Below, in pieces: positions 11,124 to 24,800 of a stretch of DNA of 64,000 bases. A model generated the notes under the pieces. That model did no database searches and had not been told where the DNA came from. It saw only the letters and a program-made list of their open reading frames with translations. The DNA comes from Styela clava (taxonomy: Eukaryota), in the NCBI RefSeq assembly GCF_964204865.1, contig NC_135256.1:6200001-6264000 (forward strand), given 5' to 3'. A program made the translations under genes and the position numbers. Positions within the stretch are counted from its first letter, which is position 1. Each line of letters opens with the position of its first letter.

Positions 11124-12515
11124 ATATTGCATCAGTACAGTATTTCAACACAATCGTTATTGTCCCTATCCACCTGTGGCCATGGTTGACATACAGACAT
11201 ATAACGTGTTTGAAGGAGATGCTCACACCGGCAGTTTTTAAAATCCACATAAGTATTGAGTTCAATAGTCTCTTTTTTGTCTTAACATTTATTATGTGGA
11301 ATCCATGCATGGCTCAAGCGGTGCAACTGCGATAACGAGACATTCCAAATAGACCAACTTCTAAGGTGGTTTGTCATCCAACTCCAAGTAAACCATTCCC
11401 CATGACTCAAATTACCAGAGCCACGCAGGTAACATACAAATGTAAGCGTTTTGGTTAATTTCAACTATCATGCAAGGTAAAGTAAAACTAAATTCAGCAG
11501 CAAAATCAGACCATTACATTTGCTTCAAATGTACAAGCGGAAGGTAAAGCAATAATTCTAAATGACGAAACAAAACTATGTACGATTGAAATAGTTTAAA
11601 CATGCGAGGATAGGCAGCACGATAACATACAGAACATAGGAATTGAAACCAGTCCACATTTGACATTTTTGATCGAGTGATTTAAATCCATGACAAGTAC
11701 AAACACACTAAATATGGATTTTTCAACAGTATGCTGATGAAATAGAAAAAGTCAAATATTGTGCCAATAATCTATTTCAATTACATCGCGTCATAACCTA
11801 GGTAACCCTGTAGCGTAGTTTTACTTTATACTAGAAGTCGAAGTGGGGTTAAAATATTGAACTTATCGCAAGTGGCAAATGGGGAGACAGTTAAATAAAT
11901 AACAAAAAGCATTGAGATTACCAAAAATATCCAACAGAAATAGTTTCTGTGATAGGAGCATAAATTATCGCAAATTTACAAGCTGAGTCGAGCTAATTAT
12001 TTTAAACTAAGCCAAGAAGCTGGTCAATTTTTTCTCAATACAGATGAAACTTTTCTCTAACTGTGATAACATGCCGGCATGGTTTTTTTTTTTACAAAAT
12101 TGGTTGAAAAGGAATCCTTTCATCAGGTGGTATTTGGTGATCTGTTACAGAAGCTATGTAGGTACGAGAACCAACATGCGAATAATTTTGTTTGTTTAAC
12201 TGAATCATCAAACAAATATTTCAAAATACTGGTAATTCTCCTCTATTTTAGAGAATAGTAATTAATGACATAATTATTATTATTGTAAAGTGTAAAAGTA
12301 ATGGAAAAAAACTGAATCTGGAATTCCTAACAATTTTCTTGAATAAGCAAAATAATCCAGTAAATAGATGGAAATACAGAGGAGGATTTCATACAATTTT
12401 ATCATTGCAGCACGCAGAACTAAATTGATCAAAAGACAGCAAAATTTATTCAGTGTTTACACTATTCATTTTTCCAATTGCATAATAGCTAACAGTATAA
12501 CAGGTATAATTCAGA

Positions 12516-12668
12516 GTTCTAGGAAAATTTGTCACAGGAAATTTAGCCGCATAGAAAAATCGCCTTATTTAAAAAAGATTCTGTTTTTATCACAGATACT
12601 TGTTTTATAGCAAAATGCTCTTGCGATTTTTTCTATGCGGCAAAATTTCCTACGGCGAATTTTCCGAA
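12516..12668. mobile_element. Small palindromic MITE downstream of the IPO5 stop (probable 3'UTR)
   Basis: Inverted arms aggaaatttagccgcatagaaaaatcgc and gcgattttttctatgcggcaaaatttcct. Confidence 0.6.
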
Positions 12669-12810
12669 CACAATAATTAAGGATATCCATAGCTTATTAT
12701 ATTTGGCAACTAGTCCTATGTTCAACTCGGAGAATATGCTTATTAAGTTCTCCCTTGTTGGCACCATGGTGAAATTGCAAAACCATTCCATTTTTAACTA
12801 ATATGAATTA

Positions 12811-15800
12811 TCATGCGGGATGTTGATGATCTTCCAAAATAGACAGAACTGCTTTTGTTTTAACAGGTGGAAGTTGAGACAATACATTCATCCATACATC
12901 GCTTGCTGATGACTGAAGAATAAAAAGAAAAACATTGTTGCAGAAAGTTAAAAATATAGGACTACTTTGGTTTAAAGAAAATCTATAGGTAATATATAAA
13001 ATTTATAGGTATTCACTGCTTCAAATTAAATACCAAATATTGTCAAAAGTCGAAAACAGCGGTTCCTAAATTTAGTATTTCAACTACAAAACAATATTTT
13101 TAATATGGAATGAATACTAAATTTGGTCATGTAGAGTTAATATACATAGTATATTTAATGTCAATGCCAGACTTAAGATAATAAAAATATCTACAAAAAC
13201 GCTATTCTACATTATTCCTGACATTAACAATTGAAAATATCAAATTTGAATAAATTTCGATTTCGGTTTACAAAGTTATATATGCAGTGTGGTCATAAAG
13301 CCGCACACCAGGGTAAGTATCAATATTCACCTAACATCAGCGTCATAATTGATCGTTAGCTTTACCTTGTTGTGTGACTATTGTGACTATCTTGACCACC
13401 TTGTATAATAGCCTGATGACCAACTATCTCACCTGAATTCGCCTCATGATTGAAATGACATGATTAGTAACTTCTTCAGAATCTGACAAAGCACCACTAA
13501 ATATAGCATCGCTAAGAAGTACGATCGCCCGTGAGATTTCACTGCTGTTAGGACCCAAAACTACGGCATTATTGCTGTAACGAAAAAGATAAGCAGTTTT
13601 AACGTAAGCTGTGAATTTTTGTATAACATAAATTATACACAAGGTACCTATGTATTTTTCATGTCTTTATTTTATATCTTTCGTAAGCTCAAGAAAAATT
13701 ACTAGTTTGGTCTTCATACTTGACCCTTTTTTTCAAGATTCAGGTTTTTGAAATATAAGTTATAATGGGGAGTAAATATATTTATTATCCTAATTATGAA
13801 GAGGTAATAAAAAATATTCCAAAAATTTCGAACATTTTCCAATACATAACATTTCCTTTTCTAGGCCAGGGCCCGGCTTCACTTACTTTTCGATTAATTC
13901 GCATAAAAAACTGTAAACATGAGTTGCCTCTTCTTTATCTTCAACAACAGGTAACCACGACAACCATCTCCGTAGCAACTCATCTTTATCTCCATCAATG
14001 AGATGTGGCTGATACTTCAGAACCTAAAATAATCGACACAAGCACTTTAGCATCTAGCTGGATAGGATTTTCATATTTACACAGAGGGAGAGAAAAGGCG
14101 ATATGAAGGATTAATCACATGGCAAACCATGCCTTTCGTACGACGAGAGGAAAGTTGAGAAGGCAGTCAGTCTCTCGTCTGATTTTGAGTCCATGTCAGG
14201 TATGAGAATAGTTAACCAGTTATTGTTTTTCAGATACATGGACTTAATGGGAGAGAAAAGCATGAACGGCCAGCAGTTACTTAAACCACCCTACAACGGC
14301 AAGGAGTCAAGCAAACGTCTCACACATAATCCCCCTCCCCCCACAGAATTCAAACTTGCACAGGGTAATCAGAAGTGCAATGGCAAGCAGGTTACACACA
14401 CTTTGCATCATGTGCCAACTGTCGAACAAATTATAATTGTCTTCTATCAACTATTTTATGACAATTAAAGCAGTAGGAACACAAAACACTCAAATACACA
14501 TTTATCACTCTCATCCAAATCTAGAACTATATAAAAACTATCTTGTACCTTACAAACAGCAGAAATACAGTTCTCCATTGGCCCAATATTTTCCTGCAAC
14601 ACAGGACCTTCCACTCCTTTACCCAGGGGTCCCTCAATAACTGCTTGTAGTATCGGAAGTGCCTCTGTTAAAACAAAGCTCAATCAATATTTTAAAAGTA
14701 TTTACAATACCTGTAGTACCTGTACAATATCAGTCTTGAACTTAAAAAAAAAACTGTATTGGAGTATTGGAGCCACGGAAGAGTGTGTACCAGTATGGAG
14801 GTAACTACTTTACATCAAGTTGTGTAAGGGACTGAAATCTATGAGCAGGGGATATATTCACTTGGCTAACACAGACGGTCAAATAAGAGCTAAAATGAGG
14901 AAAATCGAAATAAAATTATGCCCTAACCCTAACCTGGTATACACACTACGGGAGTACCGGAAAATACATGTGTTTATGAGCGCTGATAAAGGAAAAATAT
15001 TTGTAGCCATATCCACATTGGTAGTTGGGTTTATATCCAAATAGCTTAGCTTGATATTTCAGAATAATTAATGATCTCTATTTAAAATTTCTCAAGGGAA
15101 TCACGGTGATAATTAATTAATTTAGCTTTTTCAGAGTAATTCAAGCTACACTGATAGTAGCCAAGAATGTTTTCAAGCATATTTTACAGATCACAAAATA
15201 TTGCATTTAATTTGAGAAGTATTTTACCTTTAATGGCATCAGCATAGGCTTCACCAGCAAACATTGCCATCACTCCAATACCATAGGATGATGCTTGTCT
15301 GACTTCTGCGTTCTTGTCCGTCAGGTAGGCTAGAAGAGGCCTGTGACAATAGAAAAATGGGAAATCATGGAGATGAGGAGGGCTTGACATATCTATCCAA
15401 CCTATTGGAAAGTAGCACAAAATTTAGAATTGAAATGTTATGCAACAACTTGGCTGCACAAGAACTATACTTTCTTATTTATCCCCTCAATACATTATTG
15501 TGCGATTGATTGGATTTTTGCAGAACTAACAACTTATCCATCCATATGTGTATATAGTGCAAGAATGCTGTACCAAGAGTGAAGATAACTATTCTAATTG
15601 ATTCGAGAGTCTATCTACATACCGTACTAACAGAAATATATTTCAAAATGTTTCACCAGACCAAGGTCAGACTTCCCGAGTGTCTTTGCTTATTATAGTT
15701 GAATTGTGTATCATGCATGTTGAGGTTGATCAGACGAAATATTACAAAAATATATTTGTGTTAGTGTGCGGCAAGACTCTTGAATCCTTTAGAACTGTTA

Positions 15801-18800
15801 TATTAATGGTGTTTGAATGACACATGTTAACTTACCTCAGAAAAATATCTTTATACTTGAGAGAAGCGGCACCGGCATATTCAACAATGTCATCGAATAC
15901 ACATAAGCTCCACTGACGATCGGGCCATGGTTGGTCAGGACCCTGAAAATTAAAACAGTTATTGCAATTATTCAACAAAGAAGTTTTTAAAAAATGTTCT
16001 GTAAAATGTCGATATGTTCTGAATTCTGTATAAAATTATCTATATTTGGTATACTTATCCGGCATAAAAATTTACAAATAAAGTAAGAATACAGTTTTAC
16101 AGGAAAAGAAAGGCTACAGGGAGTTAAAGCTGAAACAAGAAGCTATACCCAAGGTTTTCAACTGTGAAACAGTAAAATGAATATTAGAACTTCCTCATTA
16201 AACTACAACTGAACTAATTCAGAATGCACTCTATAATCAAAATATAATTTTTTTCAGAATCTGAGCAGAATGACATATCAATAATCCAATTTTTGACGAC
16301 ATTTTCGCCTCACAATGCAAAGATTAACCAGGCAAAAACTAACTCTGAAACTTGACTATCAAAGATGGCTCAATTAGTGCATCTGAAGATAAGGTTTTTG
16401 AACCATCTTCAACAGTGAAGACCAACTAGACTGGCGTTACCTGGCCATGTGAGTTTGACGAAAAGCGTTAGTTACATGTGACGCACAGGAGCGCATGAGG
16501 CGAAAGAAAAAAGGGAGAAAAGCTATCAAATCGAATGAGTCAAGTTTTGTCCCATATCGTGAAAGTCTGTGGCAACTAAAAATACAACTTACACAAACTA
16601 CGATCATAATCCAACAAGCCTATTGCAATGCCAGAATGAATCACCCAACAGCTCTAAACTCACCAAAAGTTTAATATAATGCGGAAGAATTGAGTCAAAA
16701 AAAGGGAAAAGTTCATCGCGATGAGTTCCAAACAATGAATGCAGAATGTCTGCAATTTTTGATAATATGTAAACATCTTCTTCATCTTCATCTTGAAGAG
16801 TTTCTTCAACCTGGAAAAAACGAGAAATTTTAAATTATCTATTCCCTGACAAAAACTAAAATGACAGCCAAAAGTGAACAAAAACTGTTTTTTCAAGCTG
16901 AGCCCTCAGCCCACTTGAGGGGCACAAGCAAATGAGTATCACTGAGTATCATTTGCAATAATTACTCTAATATAAAGTAAATTGAACCCAATTGGTTTGA
17001 TACTTTGGCTGTAATTATTTAATTTTTTGCTTTTGCTTTTTTGCTAATTTGTTCGCTTTTCTAATTACAAAGAGGCGAATAGAATAACTGATGAAAGGTG
17101 TTTATATTGAAATGTGGGTCACTGTTGAGTGTATTTGGAGTGCCATGGATCATGGAAGTTTGAGAAGCATTGTTACGAACTAAACATTTTTTAAATGCAA
17201 AAAAAATTTAATAATGCCTAAATTATACGAATACCTCCTCATCATAATCTTCATCTTTTCTTTTCTCCTGTCGTTCCTGAGCTCTCGTAAAATGTTTTTC
17301 CAACATTGAATTCAAAGTCTTGGCAAGTTCCTGATATTGTTCCATTGTAAAGCACCCGTGACCTCTAAGTTCAATACACTGAAATATAATTATTTCGTTA
17401 GTAACATCAAAAATTTCCAAGAAAGCTGATCGTAAAAAAATATAAAGGTCAGCTGTGGCCAAGGCTTGTAGTTAGCTAGCTTGTTGCACTAATTATACTT
17501 TTATTCCAACACACAGATCTCCAGATTCAAGTCCCGGCCAGTCATCCTGACAACTGCTCTGGGTGTTACAACATGGTCAGGGTAAAATCAGCCAAATAAG
17601 AATGCTTGGGATGTTCAAAGAATCTGGTAAGCAGTTTCTGTAAATGCCTGCTTGTACAGAGGCTTGATAACACGTTTAGTTCATTGATGAGTTTATTATT
17701 GTTCAGAACGATTTAAATTTAAAAGAAATACAACTAAACAAATTCGAAACTTATTTGCAGTTCTATTTGACTATTCAAGACTTGTTGCACACCAATGCAG
17801 ATATACAAATGTATATTTATAACAAAAAAAATTGTCATAAAACTATCTTAATGCTTGAAAATGTTAGGGTGAAATTTTCACTTAGGTAGAAAAACTGTCA
17901 CTTCTTCATCAAAAAATATTCAAACCTTTGCCAAAGCTTCCATAACCATAGGCATGACATCGGCATCAGGTTCTTGTGAAACGGCCTCGAGAATATTAGG
18001 AGCAATGTATCCCCACATTTGTGCAACATACTCATCTCCTCGCAAACTTGCACATTCCATCAACAGAGGAAGAGATTCTGCGGCTGATGCTCTCACTCGT
18101 ATTCAGATAGGAAGATAAGAAAAATACTCACATTTGATAAAAAATCTTACGTTAAAATGGGAGGAAAAATCGATATGAAACACCTCGAAAAAATAAAAAT
18201 TACCAACCAATACAGTTTATGGTCAGAACCAAAATAATTTTGGATACACTTTGAAAAACCAGATGCCTAACGATTTTTTTAATATTTTCGCTAAAATCAA
18301 GGCGAAGAGTACCAATAAAAGAGTTAAAAGCAAGCACAGGCATCTAAGAGCTATATATTGGTATTATTTTAACAGACATGTTAGTAGTTAGCATCTAACA
18401 TGAGACTTGAAACAATTCAACTCATTACTGCCTGGAAAACCATTAGTTCTTCAAAAAATTTTAAGTACATAAAATTTTAATATAAAAAGGATATCATCAT
18501 GAAAGAAAAACTTAAGCAGTGGAACCATGAGTTTGACGACTTCCTCAGCGTAATTAGCAAATCCTTCTTTTAATTCCCGAGCATAACAAACCAACATTTG
18601 ACAAGCAGTTGCTTTCTGTTCCATTCCTGTTGTTTTGATACCGAAGCTTCTCTGAGAAGATGAAAATATAGATATAGGTGAGAGAAAATCTGGATGAGGA
18701 ATGAGCATATCTATAAAGCACCGTATCAGAAAAGCTGATTTTTTGAGGCTAGTCCTAGACATTAATATACTGACTGAATCTAATGAAATTTCTACACAAA

Positions 18801-21800
18801 GCCACTGTTATCTAATAAAATGTCAGGATTTACTATTTCAAGTAGAACCGGAGTCTTGGGGGTTTGGCATTGTCCAGCCAAATTATTGCACCCTAATACA
18901 CATCAACTTGGCGTTAGGCCAACGAGTTCATCAAAAATCAATATAAAATCCAGTCAATCAGTACAAACCTGGTCTCCCATCTTGATGAACTCCCATCCTT
19001 CATCTTCCTCTACAACATCGGCATCTTGTGAATCCATCATGGCGACCTCGGGTCGAATCCCGGCTGCTTTCATCAACGGTGCCATGACAATCGGAAGGTA
19101 TTGAACGAAATCCTGACCAAGAAGTTTGCACATTCTAGATAGAAGCAGGTTATAGGTAAATGAATGAAATTATTTGAAAAAAGCAAAAAGTTTGTCTCAT
19201 CTCAAATTGTTTTATTTTTAAAATATTCAGAAGACCACAAACATGGTTAAGAAAATAAACGGATAAATGCTCTTTCTGTATATAGAATTGAGCCATGGAC
19301 ACAAGTTACGTATTGACGATTCAGTATAGAAATCTGTTATAGGACTTTTTCTCCTGAAAAAAATATCCAGAGATCTCTTGATAAAAAAATCCAATAATCT
19401 TTTAAATAAATTAAATATTTATCAATATTTTCTGTTGAGGACTTATCTTCTGAGCATAATTTTACTTTCAAGCCTTACAAAGACAATTTTATATCTGGAC
19501 TGCAAACCCCTGCATTGAGAAATGTACCTGGCCCATGCACTCATCATGTACGAGACCTGCGGATCATCATCTTCCCAGGATTCTATGTCGGCTTGTGCTT
19601 TGAGTAGCTGATTCATTATTGACTGGAAAAATAAATATAAGAATGGTGAGGAAAACAGCCAGAATATTTTAAGATAATCAGATCAAAGCAAAGTCACACA
19701 CACTCAGAACACAGGAAGACTGATGTCTGGCCACTGACTGATGAGATTTACCGACACTAATTGGAATTTTTTTAGATTTCCATTAGATTAATGAATATAG
19801 AAAATCAAGATTTACTGGAACTATTTGAAATCTTATTAAAATTACCGTTGATTGACTTTCAATTCTATATTTGTATTTGATATTTGATCATTGTTCAACT
19901 AGACAGAAATATTCGCTGATGTTGAAAACCCCAGATTTCATCTCAAAGTTGTCAGAGCAGTGTTTATAATTAAATACAATAATGGTACATATTGCCCATT
20001 TCTCAAATTATGGTGGAATGTTTAACAAAAATCTAGCTTTGCAGACATCTTAGTTTTATTATAGAATCCTTTAGTTAGCTGCATTAGAGCTTCATTATAG
20101 GCCTTTATATCGTTACAGAATTGCCTTTTATATTTACAAGTGTATTGATATATTAAATAGTGTCAGGAAATACAATAGAGAATCCATATATTTACCTGTG
20201 CAATGCATGAATAAATTTTATTTTCAAGTGAAAAAATTTGTGGAAATAATTATGAAAATATTTTTTTATATTCTTCAGTTTCTGTCACATCACTAGAATT
20301 GTTTTTATTTATTTTTCAGTTGCAAACGCAATCGCAGTAAAACTATATTTACCTGAGCATCATTCATGAATTTTTCAGACCCGACAGCAAGTCCAATCAA
20401 ACTGATACATTCAATTGTTTTTCCTCGTAACATTCTGAATTCATCTCCATTCGCATTCTGGAAAAATTATAATTCAGAAAAATAGCATCAGAAAAATCTA
20501 ATTTGCTTAGTAACTCGTTTCAGTCACGAAACATTATTTCTATAATATTGGCCATATTAAAACATGGGTACTCCCTGAAGTATGTGAACCAAGATGGCGA
20601 ACACCAGAATGTAGTATGTGTACCAGGTTAGGATTAGGCCATAATTTTATTCCAATTTTCCTTATTTTAGTTCTAATACAAGTTCGAGGACTAGTCAAGT
20701 GACTCCCGCCCGTAGTATTTGTACCTGAAATTATGGCCTAACCCTAACTTTGTTCACGTACTAAGTTCCGGTGTACGCCATCTTTGTTCACATAGTTCCG
20801 GAGTACCAAAACATGCTACTTTATGGTAACATATCATAATCGGTGATTCTGATTAGATTTGAACTTGTAACCAAGCCAAGCCGGGGATATACAATCCAAT
20901 AACGCACAAGTTAAAATATTCTAGTCATCAGTCAAGATACAAATTTAAGTCTTATGGAGTTTTCGAAAAGTGGAGAAATATTCAGAATTGATATAATATG
21001 GGCATTTTTGATTTGATTTATTCCAGGAACTTGGTCCAGGTAAATATATTTATTGTAAAAAACAAATCTGTGACTGTATCAAGTTTCAAAGTACAAGAGT
21101 TTACAAAATATCACAGAACGAAAGAAAAACGATGACATTTCTGCAAAAATAATATCATGTTACACAAAACTGAAGGTTTAATATTACAAAAAGTATGAGC
21201 TCGTTATTTTGTCAATCTCAAAACCTATTCAAAAAATTTATTTTGGTTTCTTCGAAAACGAAAGCGTTTTTAAATAAAACTGTGATCAAATATACTATAA
21301 AGCACATGAAAACACATACGCTTGATGTTTACACAAATTCAACAGCTCATGTATAAAGTATAAAACCAAATATTTTTGCAAACAAAATGTAGAAAGGGTG
21401 AAACAAACTTTATTTCTGGCATGGTCGAAACCAACTATTTTTCTATTGCGAATAAAAACCCAAAAAACTATCTTCGAATATGTAATATCGAATACATTCT
21501 AAATTAGTTTTACGAGGAAAATCACACAAATTGAAAATGCTGAAAATCTCTTATTTAGAGCATTGCGATACATGCTTCGATAGCTGCTCTGTTTCTAATT
21601 TAGGATCTATACAATCTGACTAACCTCCATAATGTACTTCAGTGAAGGCATCAACCTGTCGTAATATGGATTGAATTTTTCTTCTGCTCTGTCTGCAACA
21701 GCAGCAATCGTTGTTGTGATTTGTTCCAGAACCAGTTTTGTTTTCTTCACAAGAAGCTAAAAGTAAGGATTGCAATTAAAAACTTTAATTGAATTATTCA

Positions 21801-24800
21801 AAAATATTGATGGTCAACTGTTGCCTAGGCCATTAGCAATGACGAAGCAATATTTGGTTTGGTATTACTGTGTCTTATTTGAAAAAACAGATTTGAATAA
21901 AATTTACTATTCAAGTAATTTCAAGCACAAGATTGAAGAGCGACTCTCTGGGGGCCAAGAAAAAGATTTTCATTCCTTGTCATTGATCAAAAAAAACGAT
22001 TCATATCATCAATAATATTTGTGTATCCATTTACAAATTGTGGAGTAATAGTTGTTTTGAAGATTATAAAGAAAATGCGTCTTATTCCAAAACTTATCAT
22101 CCTTCATAAAGTAAATTAAGTACAGAGGGAGGAGGTTTGGTAAATTGAGGGATCTGTTTCCAGTTCGGATAAGATTTACATATTTATCACGGGGGGAGAG
22201 GAAAGCTGATAAAATGACTTAATTATATGGCGAACCACTGCCTCTCCTCTAGTTACCAGCCCATGTCGGGTATGGGATTATTTATACAGTTATTTGTTTT
22301 CGGAAGCATGGACTTTATGGTGGAGGAAGCCGTAACCGACCAGCGGTTACATGAACCACCCTATGGCGATACGATAAATTAATATTAATAACCAGACAGA
22401 AATAAATAGTCAATGCAACTAAAACATTGACGCCTCGATACTCCCCTATGGGTTCCGAAACTGCAGACACACGCGGGGTAATCAGAGGTTAAAATTAGTA
22501 CTATTCTCCCAAATTTAGCAATTTGACATCAGCAGATGATCCCATATTCTTTACAGATTAAATTTGAACAACAAAATCATACCTCTTGTATTTTTGAATT
22601 CAAAACTTGTTCCAATTTGCTACATAATGGATCCAGATACAAAATCATCGTTCCTTTGGGACATTCTTCAATAAAGTTAACCAATGCAGCAGCCGCATGA
22701 CCCTGGTTTACAGGAAAGAAATATATGAGTAGGCTGTAAATTTCAACTGATAATATTAATATAGCAGTGCAAAAAAATGAAATAATCCAAATATTATTTT
22801 CAAACATAGAATTGTGGGTGCTCCAGAAGTGTGTGTACCAATATGAAGGTAACTAATTTTGTTCGCCCACTTTACATCAAGTTGTGTAAAGGGACTGAAA
22901 CCCATATGCAGGGGGTATATTACCTTGGCTAACACAGACAGTCCCCAAACTCGCAATAGAACAAATATAATAAAAATCGTAATAAAATTATGGCCCGACC
23001 TTAACCGGGTACACATACTACTGGAGTATCGAATTTTGAATATAATCTGAATAGGCCCTGCTAAATGAAGAAATTGGCAGTATTTACTATTGCCCAACTC
23101 TACACTATGATATTTTATTGTCTCAGTTGCTCTTTCCATCTTTGTGGTCGCCATTAATTTCACTTACATATTTTTGATTCTGAGTGAGTGACCTTGTTTC
23201 TAGCAAACTTTCCTTACAAAAAAAGCATTGCGCTATCTCCTAATGTAGAATAATTAGATAAGAATCCTTCCTGTAATCAAGTATTCGGAGGTAGTTGATC
23301 TGCTCTCCATACCTGTACTTTAGGATTCTTGTCATCATTCAAAACCTCACAAAGACCAACAATGATTTTTTCATGAAATGATTTCTGCATTGTTGGAGCA
23401 AAGTCTGTGCACATCTGACCAACTGCGTTGCATGCTGCGTACCTCACTCTTGGATGCTGAAAATGAGAGAAATTTTACCTCAAGGAATCTAGAGTTAGGT
23501 TTAAAAACATTTGTAGGTGGTAAAAATTGGATACATCAACTCTGCGACGTATTTGCTTGAATTGAAAAGAATTTTGACTTTTTTAAGAAAGGGTTTTACA
23601 ATGCATACACATCCAATCAATGCTACATGTGATCCAGTTTTTGCACCTAACAATAATAACTTGGCTAAATGTCTGATATATGCGAGTCATACTATCTACA
23701 AACATTAACTTTGGTGATTTTTATTGTTTTGCGCGTGGGCCCATGAGAAGTGATTTTTTAGAAATGAATTGATATTTCAAGAGGCACTCTAAATAAGTTT
23801 GTGATTCACATTTTAGACACCACTGGGCTACATAGTGTATAACAGATACTTCACATTTATTATTGGGCACAGTGACACAAGATATTGAGGAAGAAACTGG
23901 GTTCAGTATGAATGATAACATACCAGCGTAGTCTAAAGTCTACTTAATTGTTACACCTCTTATGTACATGGTACATAAAAGGTGAACAACAAATGAAAAG
24001 ACTCAAAGTAGGAAAAACTGATATAGTAAGGGGCTAAGGGTGTTGCTTGATAACCAGCTTCGGTTCCCTGCGGCTTCCCTTCCCCAGTGAAATGAGTATT
24101 AAATTTTGTTCTTATCAATTCGCTACTGTTTTTTTACTGTATACAAAAAAAAATAAACTTCACCATGAGATGACAAGATCAACATCACTATGAGACTTAC
24201 TGTATGAGATTGAGCGATATTAGAAACATATTTGAGTAAATAGAACAATCATTCTATTTTCCTCAGTAGAGCAACAAATGATTATTTTTAGCCACTTACA
24301 CTATCACCAAGATAAGGAATAACAACACCAACAATCTCTGACAATATTTCTTCCATGTATTTGTGGCAACCCTCACCCACTGCTGATATTGCCATCAAAC
24401 CTCCGTGCCGGTATCTCCAATCAGCTGAAATACAAGAATTATTAACATTCGTTTCTTGTACTAGTAACTAGAATATAATAAAGGGCAGTGTAACAAGTGT
24501 ATGAATTTGACTGACACACAAAGCAAACATGGCGCTCACAGCAATAGACAGGCAAACAATTAAATGAGCTAACCCTAAACACTTTTTTAATAATCCATGC
24601 ATCTGAAACAAACAACTGGTTGACTATTTCCATACCCAACAGGCAATAGTAATCGGACAAGAAGCCATGATTCGCCATATGATTAAGACGTCATGTTACA
24701 AAGTTGTGTAGAATTATTGTTTTGGAATGTTAAGCATTGTTCAATCACAAACAAAAGTAACAAATTTCACTCCTTATTTTATTGACTTCTGCTAATCACA

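Noticed and set aside
11300-12813. IPO5 ending GCA TGA TAA as a C-terminal Sec, with the 3'UTR hairpin as its SECIS
   Set aside because: The AUGAC in that hairpin lacks a proper helix II and a correctly placed GA, and importins are not known selenoproteins.
16300-16620. Telomerase RNA, RNase P/MRP or U3/U17 as the identity of the intron-20 structure
   Set aside because: No CUAACCCU template, no matched P4 halves, and no U3 or U17 boxes found; left unassigned.
18451-18494. Coding extension [14 protein letters not shown] of the IPO5 exon
   Set aside because: It is read-through into the AT-AC intron.
18815-18935. C/D snoRNA in IPO5 intron 16 (UGAUGA..CUGA on the minus strand)
   Set aside because: No terminal stem and no recognisable antisense guide; the boxes alone are expected by chance.
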